From: Podarcis cretensis
Taxonomy: Eukaryota
Reading direction: 5' to 3'
Length of the DNA stretch: 64,000 bases
Assembly (NCBI GenBank): GCA_951804945.1
Contig: OX638151.1
Coordinates: 81,654,001-81,718,000, forward strand
Shown: in pieces, positions 12,701 to 24,469 of the stretch
Numbering within the stretch: position 1 is the first letter of the stretch
Layout: each line of letters begins with the position of its first letter
The notes under the pieces: generated by a model
Database searches by the model: none
What the model saw: the letters and a program-made list of their open reading frames with translations, nothing else
What the model was told of the DNA's origin: nothing
Program-made: the position numbers and the translations under genes

Positions 12701-15700
12701 TCTAACTTGAGAAAAAATGCCTGTGAATTGCAGCTGTGCAGTATGATCTTGTGTGATGCTCAGAAGTTGCATTTAGTACTCCCATTCAAGTGTGTATGGG
12801 ATCACAGTCGTAAATTCCTACACGCCAAGAACACTTACTAAAGAGAAAGCTCCACTGAACTCAATGGGGAAGGTATGTACAGGATTGCACTGCACAGATG
12901 AAGCACGCTTGCCTACAAGTTGTGCAGTAAGTTCTACTGAAAACAAACAGAACTTAATTGCAACTCACTTATGTTTACCATCGGTATACGTGTGAATGCT
13001 TAATGTGTTCCTCATTCAAATAAAAATCATGTAACAGGCAGAGCATATTAAACATATACCTGTATTATAGCTTTTCGCAGGTCCTTTGTAAGGGCTTTCC
13101 ATTCGGGGTACTTTAGCCAAAGGTCGCATTGGACTATTAAGTGGGCTGATTGCTTTTGGAATATTCCTCATATGATTGAGATCAATGCTCAGAATAGAGT
13201 TATCATCATCAACAGAAACTGTGCTTATTTCTCTTGCTGGAGATGTAGGTTTCAACCCTTCATTGTATAATGTTTCCAAGTGGTTTTCATGGTTACGGTC
13301 AGGAAAGCTTGGCTCCAAGTGACCACCACTCAGTATTTTGCCTTCTTCCACAGTAGCTTTATGAGGCATAGGCTTGTTCTCTTTTTCAGGACCCTCCAAG
13401 ACATTTTCACCTGTCCAATTACTGGACTCCTTCTCGTCCATCAGTGAGTCTGAATCTGTCCCACTGATCTCATCTATTACACTAAAAGAATCAAAATCCA
13501 CAGAACTTATAGTCTCCACATCATTGAAAGAGTTTTCGGGAAGTGTGTCTTGATCCAAGGGGCTTTCTAAACCAGAAACCACATGCGTCTTATCAACTCC
13601 ATCAACTTCTCCCATCCCAGTTTTTGCCTCAGGCAGGAGCTTCACATCCTCCGGCGCCCACTGCGCTGCTATATCTTGTGGGTCTGAGGTTGTCTTCAAA
13701 GGCTTTGTGTTTAGAGTTTCTAGCAGCCCCTCATTTCCCACCTTCGTTTTGACCTCAGAAAGAGGCATTACTTGTTCTGATTTGGTCTGAACAGGATTGT
13801 CACAGATGGGTGATAGTGGTGTTTGTGTTTGCTTAATGGCATTAGCACCAATAGCCTCAGCTGGTACCAACATGACTTCCTGACCTGGAATTTCTGTACC
13901 ACATTTATTGGTTGACTTTGCCACTGCTTTGCATTTGTCTGTTTGCTTCTTAGCAGGAGAAAGGGTTAAATTTAGTGTCTGCATAAAGCTCAGTTTTAAG
14001 TCTTTGCTTTTTGACTGCTCCTCCTCCCTTCTAACTTTTATAGGCACCTGCTCCTCCAAGCCTTCAACTACCTTGGCAGTCTCTACTGATTGAAAGGACT
14101 TCTTTTTCTCCCTATCTTTAATTTTCATGGCTCCTTTTCCTGTTTGGAGGGATGGTTCCTTTGATTCTCTTTTTTCATTTTGAGAAGTCCTGGCCTCATT
14201 AGAATCATCTCTCTCATTTTTCCTTTTCTCTTCAGTTCTATGTCTGCCCGATTTTGAACGCGTGTGTTCAGATTCACTTTTACTGCTATCCTCTTTAGGG
14301 TGGCCATGTTTCAAGTCTTTGTTTAAAAGAGGAGGTGGTGGTGGTGGTGGTGAAGGTTTCCCTCCACAGGGCACAGGACCGCTTGCTTCTTTGTTCCTCC
14401 TGCAATCACTATGTTTTCTCTTTCTGTCTTCCACATAGCTTTTGCTTAATTTTTTAGGGCTTCTGGCAATTTTATTCCGTTCAGGGGGACTACTAACCTT
14501 GCCAGTTCTTTGTTGTTCTAGATAGCTGTCAGATTGCCTGTTTTTTTGTCCGTTGTTGCTTTCCTCTTTGTTTCTCAGTTTCAGGTCCTTCTGATTTTTG
14601 TTTTGTGACTTTTCACTCCTGTCACTGCTGGAGTGTTCTGGTTTTGACAGTGATGTGTCTTTAGGTGTTGGTTGTTTCTCCCTAGCAGAAGGGACCTTAC
14701 CAGTTCTTTTTTCTGTATGTGGGCTGCTTTTGAGCTTCAAGTCCTTTTTGTCTTTCCATAGTCCATTTTTTTCTGTTTTGTCTGGATTAACTTCCAACCT
14801 TCCATGAGGATCCAACTTTCCCTCTAGTGTGCTGCCCAGATTTTGGTGTGCTTTTGTTTTGTATCTCTTGTTATTCTCACTGCTATGATGCTCATTATGT
14901 TTCGTTTCTTTTTTTCCTTTTTCTTTGTCATAAGAGCTGTCAACACTTGCAAGCCTTACATGAGTACCATCTCTGCAAAGCTGTTCAGGATGAGATTGAG
15001 ATACGTACAGAGTGTCTCCTTTTTCTGGAGGCAATTTCTTATTTTCTGTACCCCAAGGTGGATAACCGCAAGGTTTGTCCTTAGGCAGGGCTTGGGTAGT
15101 TCTAGAATCGGTTCTTGAATTGTTCTCTGGAACTAAATCTCTGAATTTATTTTTCACTTTTGATCCCTCAAAGTTTCTTGCATTATTAGTTGATGCTGGG
15201 AAGTATGTTCTATTCGGATGAACTTGAAATTCTGTTAACCTGTTTAGAAAGAGATTGTATTACTATACTACATTTCAAAAGATATTTCATTTTTAAGCAA
15301 ACTCCAAATTCTACTAAAATCTAAATGCCATGGTGAGACAAGCCAGAATAAGCCTTTAAAAGTGTTAAATAAATATTTAATCTTTCTTTTACTTTTAAAG
15401 GAAGAAAAGGTCCACACGATGGCATTCTTTATGAAGTTGGCTTGTATCAACAAAGCATAGTTAAGATTAACCAGTTTGGATGGGGACCTTCTATTTAGGA
15501 TTTATACAAACAAACAGAAAGGATATCACTGTAGGAATTACAGGTGCTATAAAGCCTGTTCAAAGCATGTCCTCAACCACACGCTTTAGGAATATTCTCA
15601 CCCCACACATTTCACTCTGCTGCTCTCAGCAGGCTAGAATCAAGAAAGGTAGGGGGCAACGTTGCATCTCTGCTTACACTGACAACAGACAGCTAACTCT

Positions 15701-18700
15701 TTGGAAGAGCAACACACATTTCTTACTGTTACAATACTCTTGCTTAAAAGTTCACTCATTAATTGAAGAATCGTGCCCAAAGCAATAATTTAGCAGTCCA
15801 TGTCTGACAAATATATAATCAGGCTTAAGCACCCTTCCCTCAGCAGGCATAGCAACAGAACCTGCACAAACCCTGCTGAAGCAACTACTGCTTGCATTGT
15901 TGCTTTTCTCCCAGTAATTTTGAGAGTCAGGGTCCCATAGGATTTGTCCAAATCAGTTGAGAGCTCTTCTAATGAGCTGTCATTCCCTTTTGAAATGACA
16001 GTCCCCATTTAATGTTTTCTCCTCTCCCCCCCCCCCCACTTCCTAATATAGTAACATACCAGAACCAAAATAGGCAGAAAAAGAGAGCCTTAACTCATAG
16101 CCTCTCTGGTTAAACTGGTCCCAATCACCCAACACATGCTTTACTCAGGGCAGCCCAGTTTCAGGAGTGCTGTTCCCAGCGATCCTTGCCTGGTGCCAAT
16201 GTTGTTGACATGAGATGAAAATGATATGCTTCAGTTGCAATGATTTGTTTACAAATGTTGATGGCTTGGGGCTTTGTTGAAGCCAGTCTGGTCCTTTCAG
16301 CTTTTAAAATTAAGATAGAATGAGAACTGAACATCATTTAATTTGCTTGTATCTTCCTTAAAAAAGAAACAAGTCTCAAAGCAACTTCCTATACCGATAA
16401 GTACATGCTAATGCAGATACCTCAAAACACACTTCAAAACAGTACAACACATTAAAAGTGTCCATCCACAGTAAAATGGTAAAGGCAAAGGACTCCTGAC
16501 AGTTAAGTCCACTCACAAACAACTCTGGGGTTGTGGCGCTCATCTCGCTTTACTGGCTGAGGGAGCCGGTGTTTGTCCGCAGACAGTTTTTCCGGGTCAT
16601 GTGGCCAGCATGACTAAGCCACTTCTGGTGAAACCAGAGCAGCGCACGGAAATGCTGTTTACCTTCCCGCCGGAGCAGTACCTATTTATCTATTTGCACT
16701 TTGATGTGCTTCCAAACTGCTAAGTTGGCAGGAGATGGGACTGAGCAATGGGAGCTCACCCCGTCGCGGGGAGTCGAACCGCTGACCTTCTGATTGGCAA
16801 GTCTTAGGCTTAGTGGTTTAGACCACAGTGCCACCCGTGTCCCTCATCCACAGTAGTCAGCTTAAAAACAAAATACACTTTCCCTGATCACCACTGAAAT
16901 GAACACCCAATTGAACCACAAGACCTTAGCACCATCACCGGCCAAATACCGGACAGAATGAAAACATTCCACATCTTTGTGCACTAGTTATGTTGCAAGC
17001 ATGAAGCTATGAACATAATGTGTGGGTAACCTTTTTCAAGAAACACTTCAAATTTTAGCAGATTTTTTTTTTTCAGAAGATGAGTATCTGATATCTAGCA
17101 AGTTAATGTTTATGTGTCTGTGGGTGGCGCTGTGGGTAAAAGCCTCAGTGCCTAGGGCTTGCCGATCGAAAGGTCGGCGGTTCGAATCCCTGCGGCGGGG
17201 TGCGCTCCCGCTGCTCGGTCCCAGCGCCTGCCAACCTAGCAGTTCGAAAGCACCTCCGGGTGCAAGTAGATAAATAGGGACCGCTTACCAGCGGGAAGGT
17301 AAACGGCGTTTCCGTGTGTGGCTCTGGCTCGCCAGAGCAGCGATGTCACGCTGGCCACGTGACCCGGAAGTGTCTCCGGACAGCGCTGGCCCCCGGCCTC
17401 TTGAGTGAGATGGGCGCACAACCCCAGAGTCTGGCAAGACTGGCCCGTACGGGCAGGGGTACCTTTACCTTTACCTTAAATTTAACTACAAAAAAGATAG
17501 GCTTAGAAAACATCTTCTACTTTTTAGTTTCAAATGTGTCTTGTTTCTTTTTCTTCTAAATATTTGGACAATAGAGGACATTCCTGAAAAAAGCATACCT
17601 TCGCTGGAGACTATTAATTTCTTCATCCTTGCGATTAATTTCCACTCTAGCTGTTTTTAGAAGAGCGGAAATATTCTTTTTAAGAGACTGGTTTTCATTT
17701 TGCAGAGCAGAGTTCTAATTTTAAAAGAACACAGAGACATATACATGTTATGAACTTGTATCTGCATATATTGGGGGAGAGAAGGAAAACACCAATAACG
17801 GTTTAGGAAAAAAATCTCATTTAAATGAATCACAGTTAACTTTCACAAAGAACTTTCAAAATGCCCTATCGACTTTGTGCTGCAACCTCTTACAAAAAGC
17901 ACTATTTTCAATAAGCATCAAAGCAAAATACATTTACGATACTAATAGTCCTTACAGAGACAGAACTGCCCTGCACAGCCTCAATAATTCAAAATATTAC
18001 TATTGTGGTTGCTGTTTCTTATTTTCTTATTTTGTTTTATTTAAAAAACAAGATACACTCGCAACTAATACTTCAAAACAGCAAACCAATACAAATTGGA
18101 AGATGTATATGAAGAGTTTCTAGAACGCTTTCAGTTACAGGATACAAAATGGATAAATTACCGCTTAATGCTGCTTTACCTGTTCTTGTATTTGCTGAAA
18201 CCTCCTTGTCAACTCTTGAAGTTGTTGCTGACATTTCTCATGTTCAGCCTGCAACTGTTGAAACAGGATTATTCACATTTGTATTAAAGACAGTATTAAG
18301 TGAGCCTAATTTTCTTTGGGTAATAATAATAATAATAATCCAGCTTTGTTAAAATATGCAAGAAAAATCATTACATTAAAATACTGTAATAGTAAATAAA
18401 ATTTCCCTCACAAACAGGAAAACCTTCCAAACATGCATTTACAAAATGTCTGTGTCATGACTGATCACAGATTTCCTGATGCACATGTCGAATTTTTCAA
18501 TAAATTGAGACTCCTCAGTAAAGTGGGTGTTTGGGGATTTTAAAATGTTTTGATAGTACATAGTGTACTAAAATGTGCTGAACTGATGAATTTAAAACAC
18601 ACACCACGCTAACTAACTTGCTAACTAACTACATCACATTTCACCAACATATCATTGATTCAAAATACATACATCATTGTAAGTAGCTTCCTTTGCTGTT

Positions 18701-20463
18701 CCTTCTTCAATCAGGATCTCATCGAATAGGTTTAAACTACTTATTGATGAGGTCAGTTTTGTAGCAGGTTTGACTGAGAGAGCAGGGAGAGAGAGAGAGT
18801 TTTACTTGGAATATTTTCCTTTTTCATTGTACCCATTCTTCCATTAGATAAGATCGAAAGAGCTACTTTAATAATAATAATAATAATTATACCCCGCCCA
18901 TTTGGCTGGGTTTCCCCAGCCACTCTGGGCGGCTTCCATCAAAAGATTAAAAGTACATTAAAACATCCGTCATTAAAAACTTCCCTAAACAGGGCTTTTT
19001 TCTTTCGAACAGCAGGCCCCTATGCCACATCAAACTGCTTTTGAATATTTTTCTCAGTTTCAAAAGTGTTTCCTATGTGCGATGGGGGGCGGGGGGCAGG
19101 ACGCACTAGGCATCTAGTGGGGGCTTACTCCCATGTAAAGTTGTGAAAGTTAGTTTCAGTTTCACAACTTCCATCAGGTTTTTAAATTATGTATAGTATT
19201 ATACATACAGCAACGGGTTCTGCACATTTTATCTCTCCCCTGAAGTCCTTCCAAATAAGCCATGGTTGCAACTTGTCACCTAAGAAATTTTACTTTGATC
19301 AAAATGCTATTTGTGGCAGCTGCTAACTCAAATTACATATCAAAGCCATCTCTTAAGAGTCAATACAAACTACTCCTATTCTGAAGTGCAAAAGATACTT
19401 ATTGTTTCTGCAACAAACCCAAAAGGATGAATATATACAGGACCTTTTATGACAAAATTCTCCAATGTATAATTAAATAACCAAATAACTATGGATTGTA
19501 TCCAACTCAGATAAAAGCTTCTGTCAGTGGAACAGGAAGGGAAGCAGTGAATTCTCAGTGGTTCCTCCTTCCTGCTGAAGCCCTACCCCCATGTCCATCA
19601 TAAACCTGCTTCAGAGAGCTTTACTCTCAGCTGAGCAATGCCATTGGTTACAAAGCTATGAACATACCAGAAATAACTGGAGAGCTGTCTAATCCATCAT
19701 AAATATCCACTGAACTCTCATCATCATCTACTCCTTGAGAAGAAACTGCAAATAAAGAGAATAAAGTAATAATATGTAAGTTCACCCAGTCTACGTATGC
19801 AGTAATGGTGAAATACAAGAGAAATACACTAGAAAGGATCTCTAGTAGAAAATCACTATGAGATGAAAGAAATAAGAAGCTCTTCTCCCCTTGCACTATC
19901 GCCCCCTTCAAATTGTAGCCTCAGCGGTGGGTTTTATAGAATTAAAAGGGACAAAAATAGGCCATTTTTGTGTCAGAAATATCTTCTTGCATTAAAAACA
20001 TAATACAGCATCAAACATAGCCATAACAGTAATATCTAGGTCCTTATTATTTGTTTGATAATGGTATCCATCTTATTCTATGAAGCCAGAAGAAATGGGA
20101 CAGAGCCTAAAATTGTAGTTAAGAGGGCATCCAATGTTTGTCTGTACAACTCTGCTCCCAAAGATCAGATTCTTAGAAAACCATATGATGGGTCTCTCAG
20201 CAATGCAGGAAGAAAACTCTTTTCCGATGACCAGCAACAGCTCTTGCCACAACATATGACAGTCAACTGTGCTGTACAAGGAGCTACATATACTGGTCCA
20301 TATAAAACTTTTCTCAAGGGTTTCTTCCTTGGTATGGAGTTTCCCTACATTTATTTATTTTTTTAAGTAAAAATAATCTGATTAAAACCAACAAACAAAA
20401 AAACTTACCACCATGCAATAAATTAGAAAACGTCATCCCATCGTCATCATCATCTCTTGCCAT
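6707..20463 (-). CDS. CASP8AP2: CASP8-associated protein 2 / FLASH (histone locus body and U7 snRNP histone pre-mRNA processing factor), complete, 1996 aa
   Basis: Coding exons (minus strand): 20463-20409, 19745-19668, 18773-18673, 18254-18180, 17714-17599, 15239-13060, 11879-8651, 7646-7547, 6763-6707 (TAG). All introns GT-AG with consistent phases; total 5991 nt. Recognisable FLASH motifs: [40 protein letters not shown] (Lsm11-binding coiled coil), [27 protein letters not shown] (ARS2-binding), [21 protein letters not shown], and the C-terminal SANT/Myb-like [15 protein letters not shown]. Confidence 0.97.
8651..11879 (-). CDS. CASP8AP2: CASP8AP2 large exon (3229 nt)
   Basis: Contains ORF 8647..11760. 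Acceptor tag at 11882-11880 and donor AG|gtaaga at 8650. Includes the ARS2-binding motif [11 protein letters not shown] (11751-11719) and SIM-like VDLT/WDLT/VNLT motifs (about 9185-9000). Confidence 0.95.
12328..12453. repeat. Perfect 63-bp tandem duplication
   Basis: atcagagggtcatgggtttgccactactgccttaaacagtttcctcctatgtaatcagtttga occurs at 12328-12390 and 12391-12453. Confidence 0.95.
12525..12700 (+). mobile_element. Degenerate tRNA-derived squamate SINE (Squam3-like)
   Basis: A/B-box-like head (gtagcccagtgtcaga...gaagttcaatccctggcatctc), body gctgggagagactcttgtctgaaa...ctgaactagatgg, tail tataaggcagcttc. Confidence 0.6.
13060..15239 (-). CDS. CASP8AP2: CASP8AP2 large exon (2180 nt)
   Basis: Contains most of ORF 13016..15157. 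Acceptor cag at 15242-15240 and donor G|gtatat at 13059. Ends in the conserved [13 protein letters not shown]...[10 protein letters not shown]. Confidence 0.95.
16474..16843 (-). mobile_element. Full-length Sauria SINE
   Basis: Reverse complement starts gggacacgggtggcactgtggtctaaaccactaagc and ends in an (ACCTTT)-like tail. Flanked by an 11-bp target-site duplication CATCCACAGTA (16463-16473 and 16845-16855). Confidence 0.9.
17120..17478 (+). mobile_element. Sauria SINE (CpG-rich, different subfamily)
   Basis: gggtggcgctgtgggtaaaagcctcagtgcctagggcttgccgatcgaaaggtcggcggttcgaatccc head with B box, gtagataaataggg core, and acctttacctttacctt tail. Confidence 0.9.
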
Positions 20464-20982
20464 TATACTCTCTTCCTAGTATTCTCCATCTGCATTTGAC
20501 AACAAAAAAAGATTTTGATTAGCCTAAGTAAAAACATGCAGGTTATTAATATAGAAGGCAATCCATCAGAGAAAGATGGATCTCTTCATTCTGTTTTCAC
20601 AATGGGACACAAGTGTTCCTGCATACACAGATGGTGGTCAGCATGGGAAGAATATATTCACAGGTGAATGAGATTGCCAGCATTTATTTTTGCAACAAAC
20701 AGTTCCATAGCACTAAGCAGTGTTGTAGCTATAGGGGGGCTAGTCAGATCTTTTTGCCCCTGGTGAAGCCACCAGAGGGGCGCAATTGAGGCTCCCAGCT
20801 TGTGTGTGTGTGTGTATACACAAATGTGTGTGTGTGTGTGTGTATACACAAACTGGGTCTTTGACCTAGGTGAAGTAAAACCTAGTTTTGCCCCTGGTGC
20901 TAAAGCAAACCATAACTTGGAATGAGAACCAAGATTGTAGACAAAGCACTCCTTCCCCTGATCACATTACCTAGGCCTAAGC

Positions 20983-21176
20983 CAGAGCTTTCCAAACTGT
21001 GTGTCAGGACAAATTAGTCGTCGGCTGCACTGTGTTGAGTGTGTCTTGCAAATGCTCCCAGGGCTGGAAATGGGTTAATTTAACCTCTAATCTGCTAGTA
21101 AAACTGAATTACTGTGTCACGAAATGACACATGTCTAAAAAGTGTGTCACCAACACAAAAAGTTTGGAAAGCTCTG
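20983..21176. mobile_element. hAT-family MITE
   Basis: Perfect TIR CAGAGCTTTCCAAACT / AGTTTGGAAAGCTCTG with 8-bp TSD GCCTAAGC (20975-20982 and 21177-21184). Confidence 0.9.
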
Positions 21177-21869
21177 GCCTAAGCCATGGTTTGGCTTAGG
21201 GTTATGTTTGAACCTGGGCTTGTGGTTTGTCCACCAAGTCAGAGGGGAGGGGGAGAGCAAGTGAAGAGCAGTTCTCCAAAGAGGACAGAGTGGAGCGACC
21301 ACTGTATACAATTCTTCCTATGAAAAAGGGCCTACTGCTCAAACAAGTCTTCTCCAATGAAAAGCAGTCTTCACTCTTAACCACGATAGGTAAAAGTGCT
21401 TTCTCATTACTAAACAGCAAGGCACTCTGCACATGTTCTTTGTGCACTTATGCACAACCCTAGTCTACTTAACACGGAGCAAGCCTCACTGAATTCAACA
21501 TTGAATTATTCCTCAGCAGACAAGTTTAGCATTACAAGGTTAGTCCTGGACTCAGGTGGGGTGTGGGAAGGCAAATTGCACCCAAAGCAGAACTAAGTGG
21601 CGATATAAAACATGACCCACCACCACTCTCCGGTTAAACTGGTGCGGTCCAAGTCCACCACTTCGGAACTTCGACCCCCTCGTTCCCTCTTCGGGTGCTG
21701 ACCAGGCCTTAAGGCAGCCCCAGCCCCCACTTTCACCCCAGTGACCTCCAGCTGCTGTTGGACTACATGCCCAGTCACCACAAACCAGGATGCCTTGAGT
21801 TGTAGTCCAGCAACGTCTGGAGGGCCGTAAAGGCACCCCCACTCTCCAACCCCCCCCCCCTTGCAGAAA

Positions 21870-22650
21870 GCAGGGGCGAGAAAGTGGGAGACGTGGGAAC
21901 TGGGAGCGGGAAGAGTTACATGCTAGTGGGGGTGGGGTATGATGCCATTCGGGGGAAAGACAATATATAGATAACTCGGGAGATGTGCTCGTGGGAATGC
22001 CTCCGCGGGGATCGGCAGGGGTTCCGGGCAGGCGAGGCAGACACTCTCCCACCCGCTTGATCCCCACGAGAGAAAGACACCCCCCACTCCCTTCCCGGGC
22101 CACTGGTTTCCACAAACCGGAATAACGCGCGCCGTGCAGCCTCCGCTACTCCTCACTTTCGCTCCCTCGGCCGGCGGCCGCCGCTGCTGCCTCTCTCGCT
22201 GACAACACTCCCCCCACCCGCAAAACACCGCCACCTTCGCCGCCGCCAAACGGGAGAGGTGGCGCCCGGAAGAGCCCGGCCAATCACCGGAGACGCTGGG
22301 GCGCGCGCCGTGCCTCGACGTCACCGGCTCCCTCCTCTGCCACAGAAACGCTTGGCGCCAAAAGGAAGCGTCAAGGCCCTCCCCTTCGGGATGCAGACGG
22401 GGCGGGTTTCCTTCGCCGGAGCTGCTTCGACCAGCGGCTCCGCTGGGGGGCGCCTGCTTTTGCTCTCGGGAGCAACCCGGCGGCTTCTGTTTTTATATGC
22501 AAACTCAAGCCCTGAAGCCGCCGTCGGTGTTTCGATACTACAAAGCCACCAGAAAACTTCGTGACTGATAACTTTGCCGGGGCAGAAGTTTGGGTTGGCG
22601 CAGCCGCAGAGCTCGTTTAAATCAGCGAGGAGCATTTGTTTGTTTCGCCA
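21870..22650 (-). promoter_or_regulatory. CASP8AP2 CpG-island promoter and non-coding exon 1
   Basis: GC/CpG-rich. ETS-type CCGGAAG at 22266-22272, CCAAT at 22280-22284, CRE-like GACGTCA at 22317-22323, E2F site TTTTGGCGCCAA (minus) at 22352-22363. Candidate exon-1 donor AAA|GTGAGG with GT at 22156-22155. Confidence 0.75.
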
Positions 22651-23082
22651 AAAGCCTTATTGCGGTAACGTCAGCTGTCACACGTGCATGAGGACAGAGA
22701 AACTCTCCTCTGTCAGCTGTCTATTGAGGGCATACCCCAAATATGTGACATAGAGTGGGCTCTTAAAGGCTGTAGTCCTGTTCACGAGGACTGGGAGAAA
22801 GTCCCGTTAAATGCAGTGGAGCTTACTTTCAAATAAACATGCATAGGGTTATGGAGAAGCTCATGCCCAGTGCTTTTTTTGCGGGTACTCAAGGGTACGC
22901 AGTACCAACACCTTTCCTCACAAATGTTAAAAGTGTGGCACTTATTGTAACAACTTCATGGTGAGTACCAACACCTTCCCCCCCCTTTTTTTAAAAAAAA
23001 CCCAAAAGTAAACCCTGTTAAATTCAGTGGAACTTACATGTAAAGGAGTAAGGCCCACTGGGTAGAGTGAAGCTTCTGAGGA

Positions 23083-23113
<31 letters not shown>

Positions 23114-24199
23114 TATTTATATCCTGCTCTTCCCAGCCGAAGCCGGGCTCACAGCTGCTAACAACAATAAAAGTAACACAGCATTCTAAAATCAATTCAT
23201 TCTAAAATCAATGCAAGGTTGCACTATTAAGTCTTCAAGGTGCTGCTAGATTATTTGCTGTTGGTGTAAGTAATAGACCTCAAATGAGCAATGGTTCAGC
23301 ATTTTTAAAAAATGTATCTAGCAATCCATCTTTCATCTCCTAGATAAAGGGCAAGGGGAAAGGATGACTAAAGTTGGCTGTTGGATAATTTTTTGTGGTT
23401 TTGGAAACACAGCAAATGAGATAAGACCTTTGCAACTGGATTTTATGTATGCTTTCTCAGCAGAAAGCCCCAGAGTTCAATGTGACATACTGTCATGTAC
23501 TGTATAGCTGCTATAGCACATACAGTTAATTACATCTTGTACCAACTAGGGGTTAAAAAGATTGATTGTAAATTTTCAGATCTCCTTTGACCTAAAAAGT
23601 TCACTCTGTCATTTGTTGGCTTTGTTCCAGCTATCCCATATAGTTTTTAAGGTTCATTACAACAGTACTTTTGATAGCATCAACTTTGTCTTTTGGCACA
23701 CAAACTTGTTCGCATGCAACAAAGTGCTTTTGGCCACTTCCATTTAAGGTGCTCTGTGCAATCTAACCCTTTGTATATTTATTTGGGACTTAGTCTGAAT
23801 AAATTCCAATCAGCTTTATCCCTGGTAAGTGTGTTTAAGATGGCAGCTGTGCGGTCCAGTCCTGTGCAGGTTTAGGTATGTCAGGGATTGTTGCCTAGAA
23901 ATCAATGGACTTGTAAGCTTAATTTCCCTTAAGACTAGCTGGACTGTTGATGTTTTGTCCCCCAAACACAGGCCCTGCTGTTCAGTACAGTATAGTGCTA
24001 GAGGGCCACAACCCTGAGTATTTTCATGCTGTTTTCAAACTATTCCCGCCACCCTTGAAAACATATTTCTCTCCTTGCTCTAACAGAAACTGATGTAGCT
24101 CCATCAACTGGGGAAAGGTTTTGTTGCTGTTGTTGTTTATCAGCACACTTTTGTTTGTTTTAGTTACAGGTAGCTGTGTTGGTCTGCCTAGTTGAAACA

Positions 24200-24400
24200 A
24201 AATAAAATAAATAAAATAAAACAATTCCTTCCAGTAGCACCTTAGAGACTAAGTTAGTTATTGGTATGAGGTTTCGTCTTAGTTGGTCTCTAAGGTGCTA
24301 CGGTCACGACTGGACCTAATGGCCAGGGGTCCCTTTACCTTTACTTTTGAAGGTGCTACTGGAAGGATTTATTTTATTTGTATTTTTTATTTAATTTATT
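24200..24400. mobile_element. Inverted-repeat element (ccttccagtagcaccttagagac) interrupted by a truncated Sauria SINE 3' end
   Basis: Arms ccttccagtagcaccttagagac and gtctctaaggtgctac...tggaagg. SINE tail at 24302-24349 (gactggacctaatggccaggggtccctttacctttac) is flanked by a 10-bp duplication AAGGTGCTAC (24292-24301 and 24350-24359). Confidence 0.7.
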
Positions 24401-24469
24401 TTTGTTTTGTTTGTTTGTTTGTTCGGAAGTAAGTCCCAGTGGGATGTTCCCTATGCTTTAAAGCCCAAA

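Noticed and set aside
8615-15118. Plus-strand ORFs over the two large CASP8AP2 exons
   Set aside because: Antisense shadows of a Lys/Glu/Ser-rich coding sequence, with no independent gene signals.
17120-17200. tRNA-like A/B boxes (ggttcgaatccc)
   Set aside because: This is the tRNA-derived head of a Sauria SINE, not a tRNA gene.
21552-22635. Several 60-190 aa ORFs on both strands near the CASP8AP2 promoter
   Set aside because: They arise from GC-rich CpG-island sequence with few stop codons; Arg/Gly/Pro-rich with no recognisable domain.
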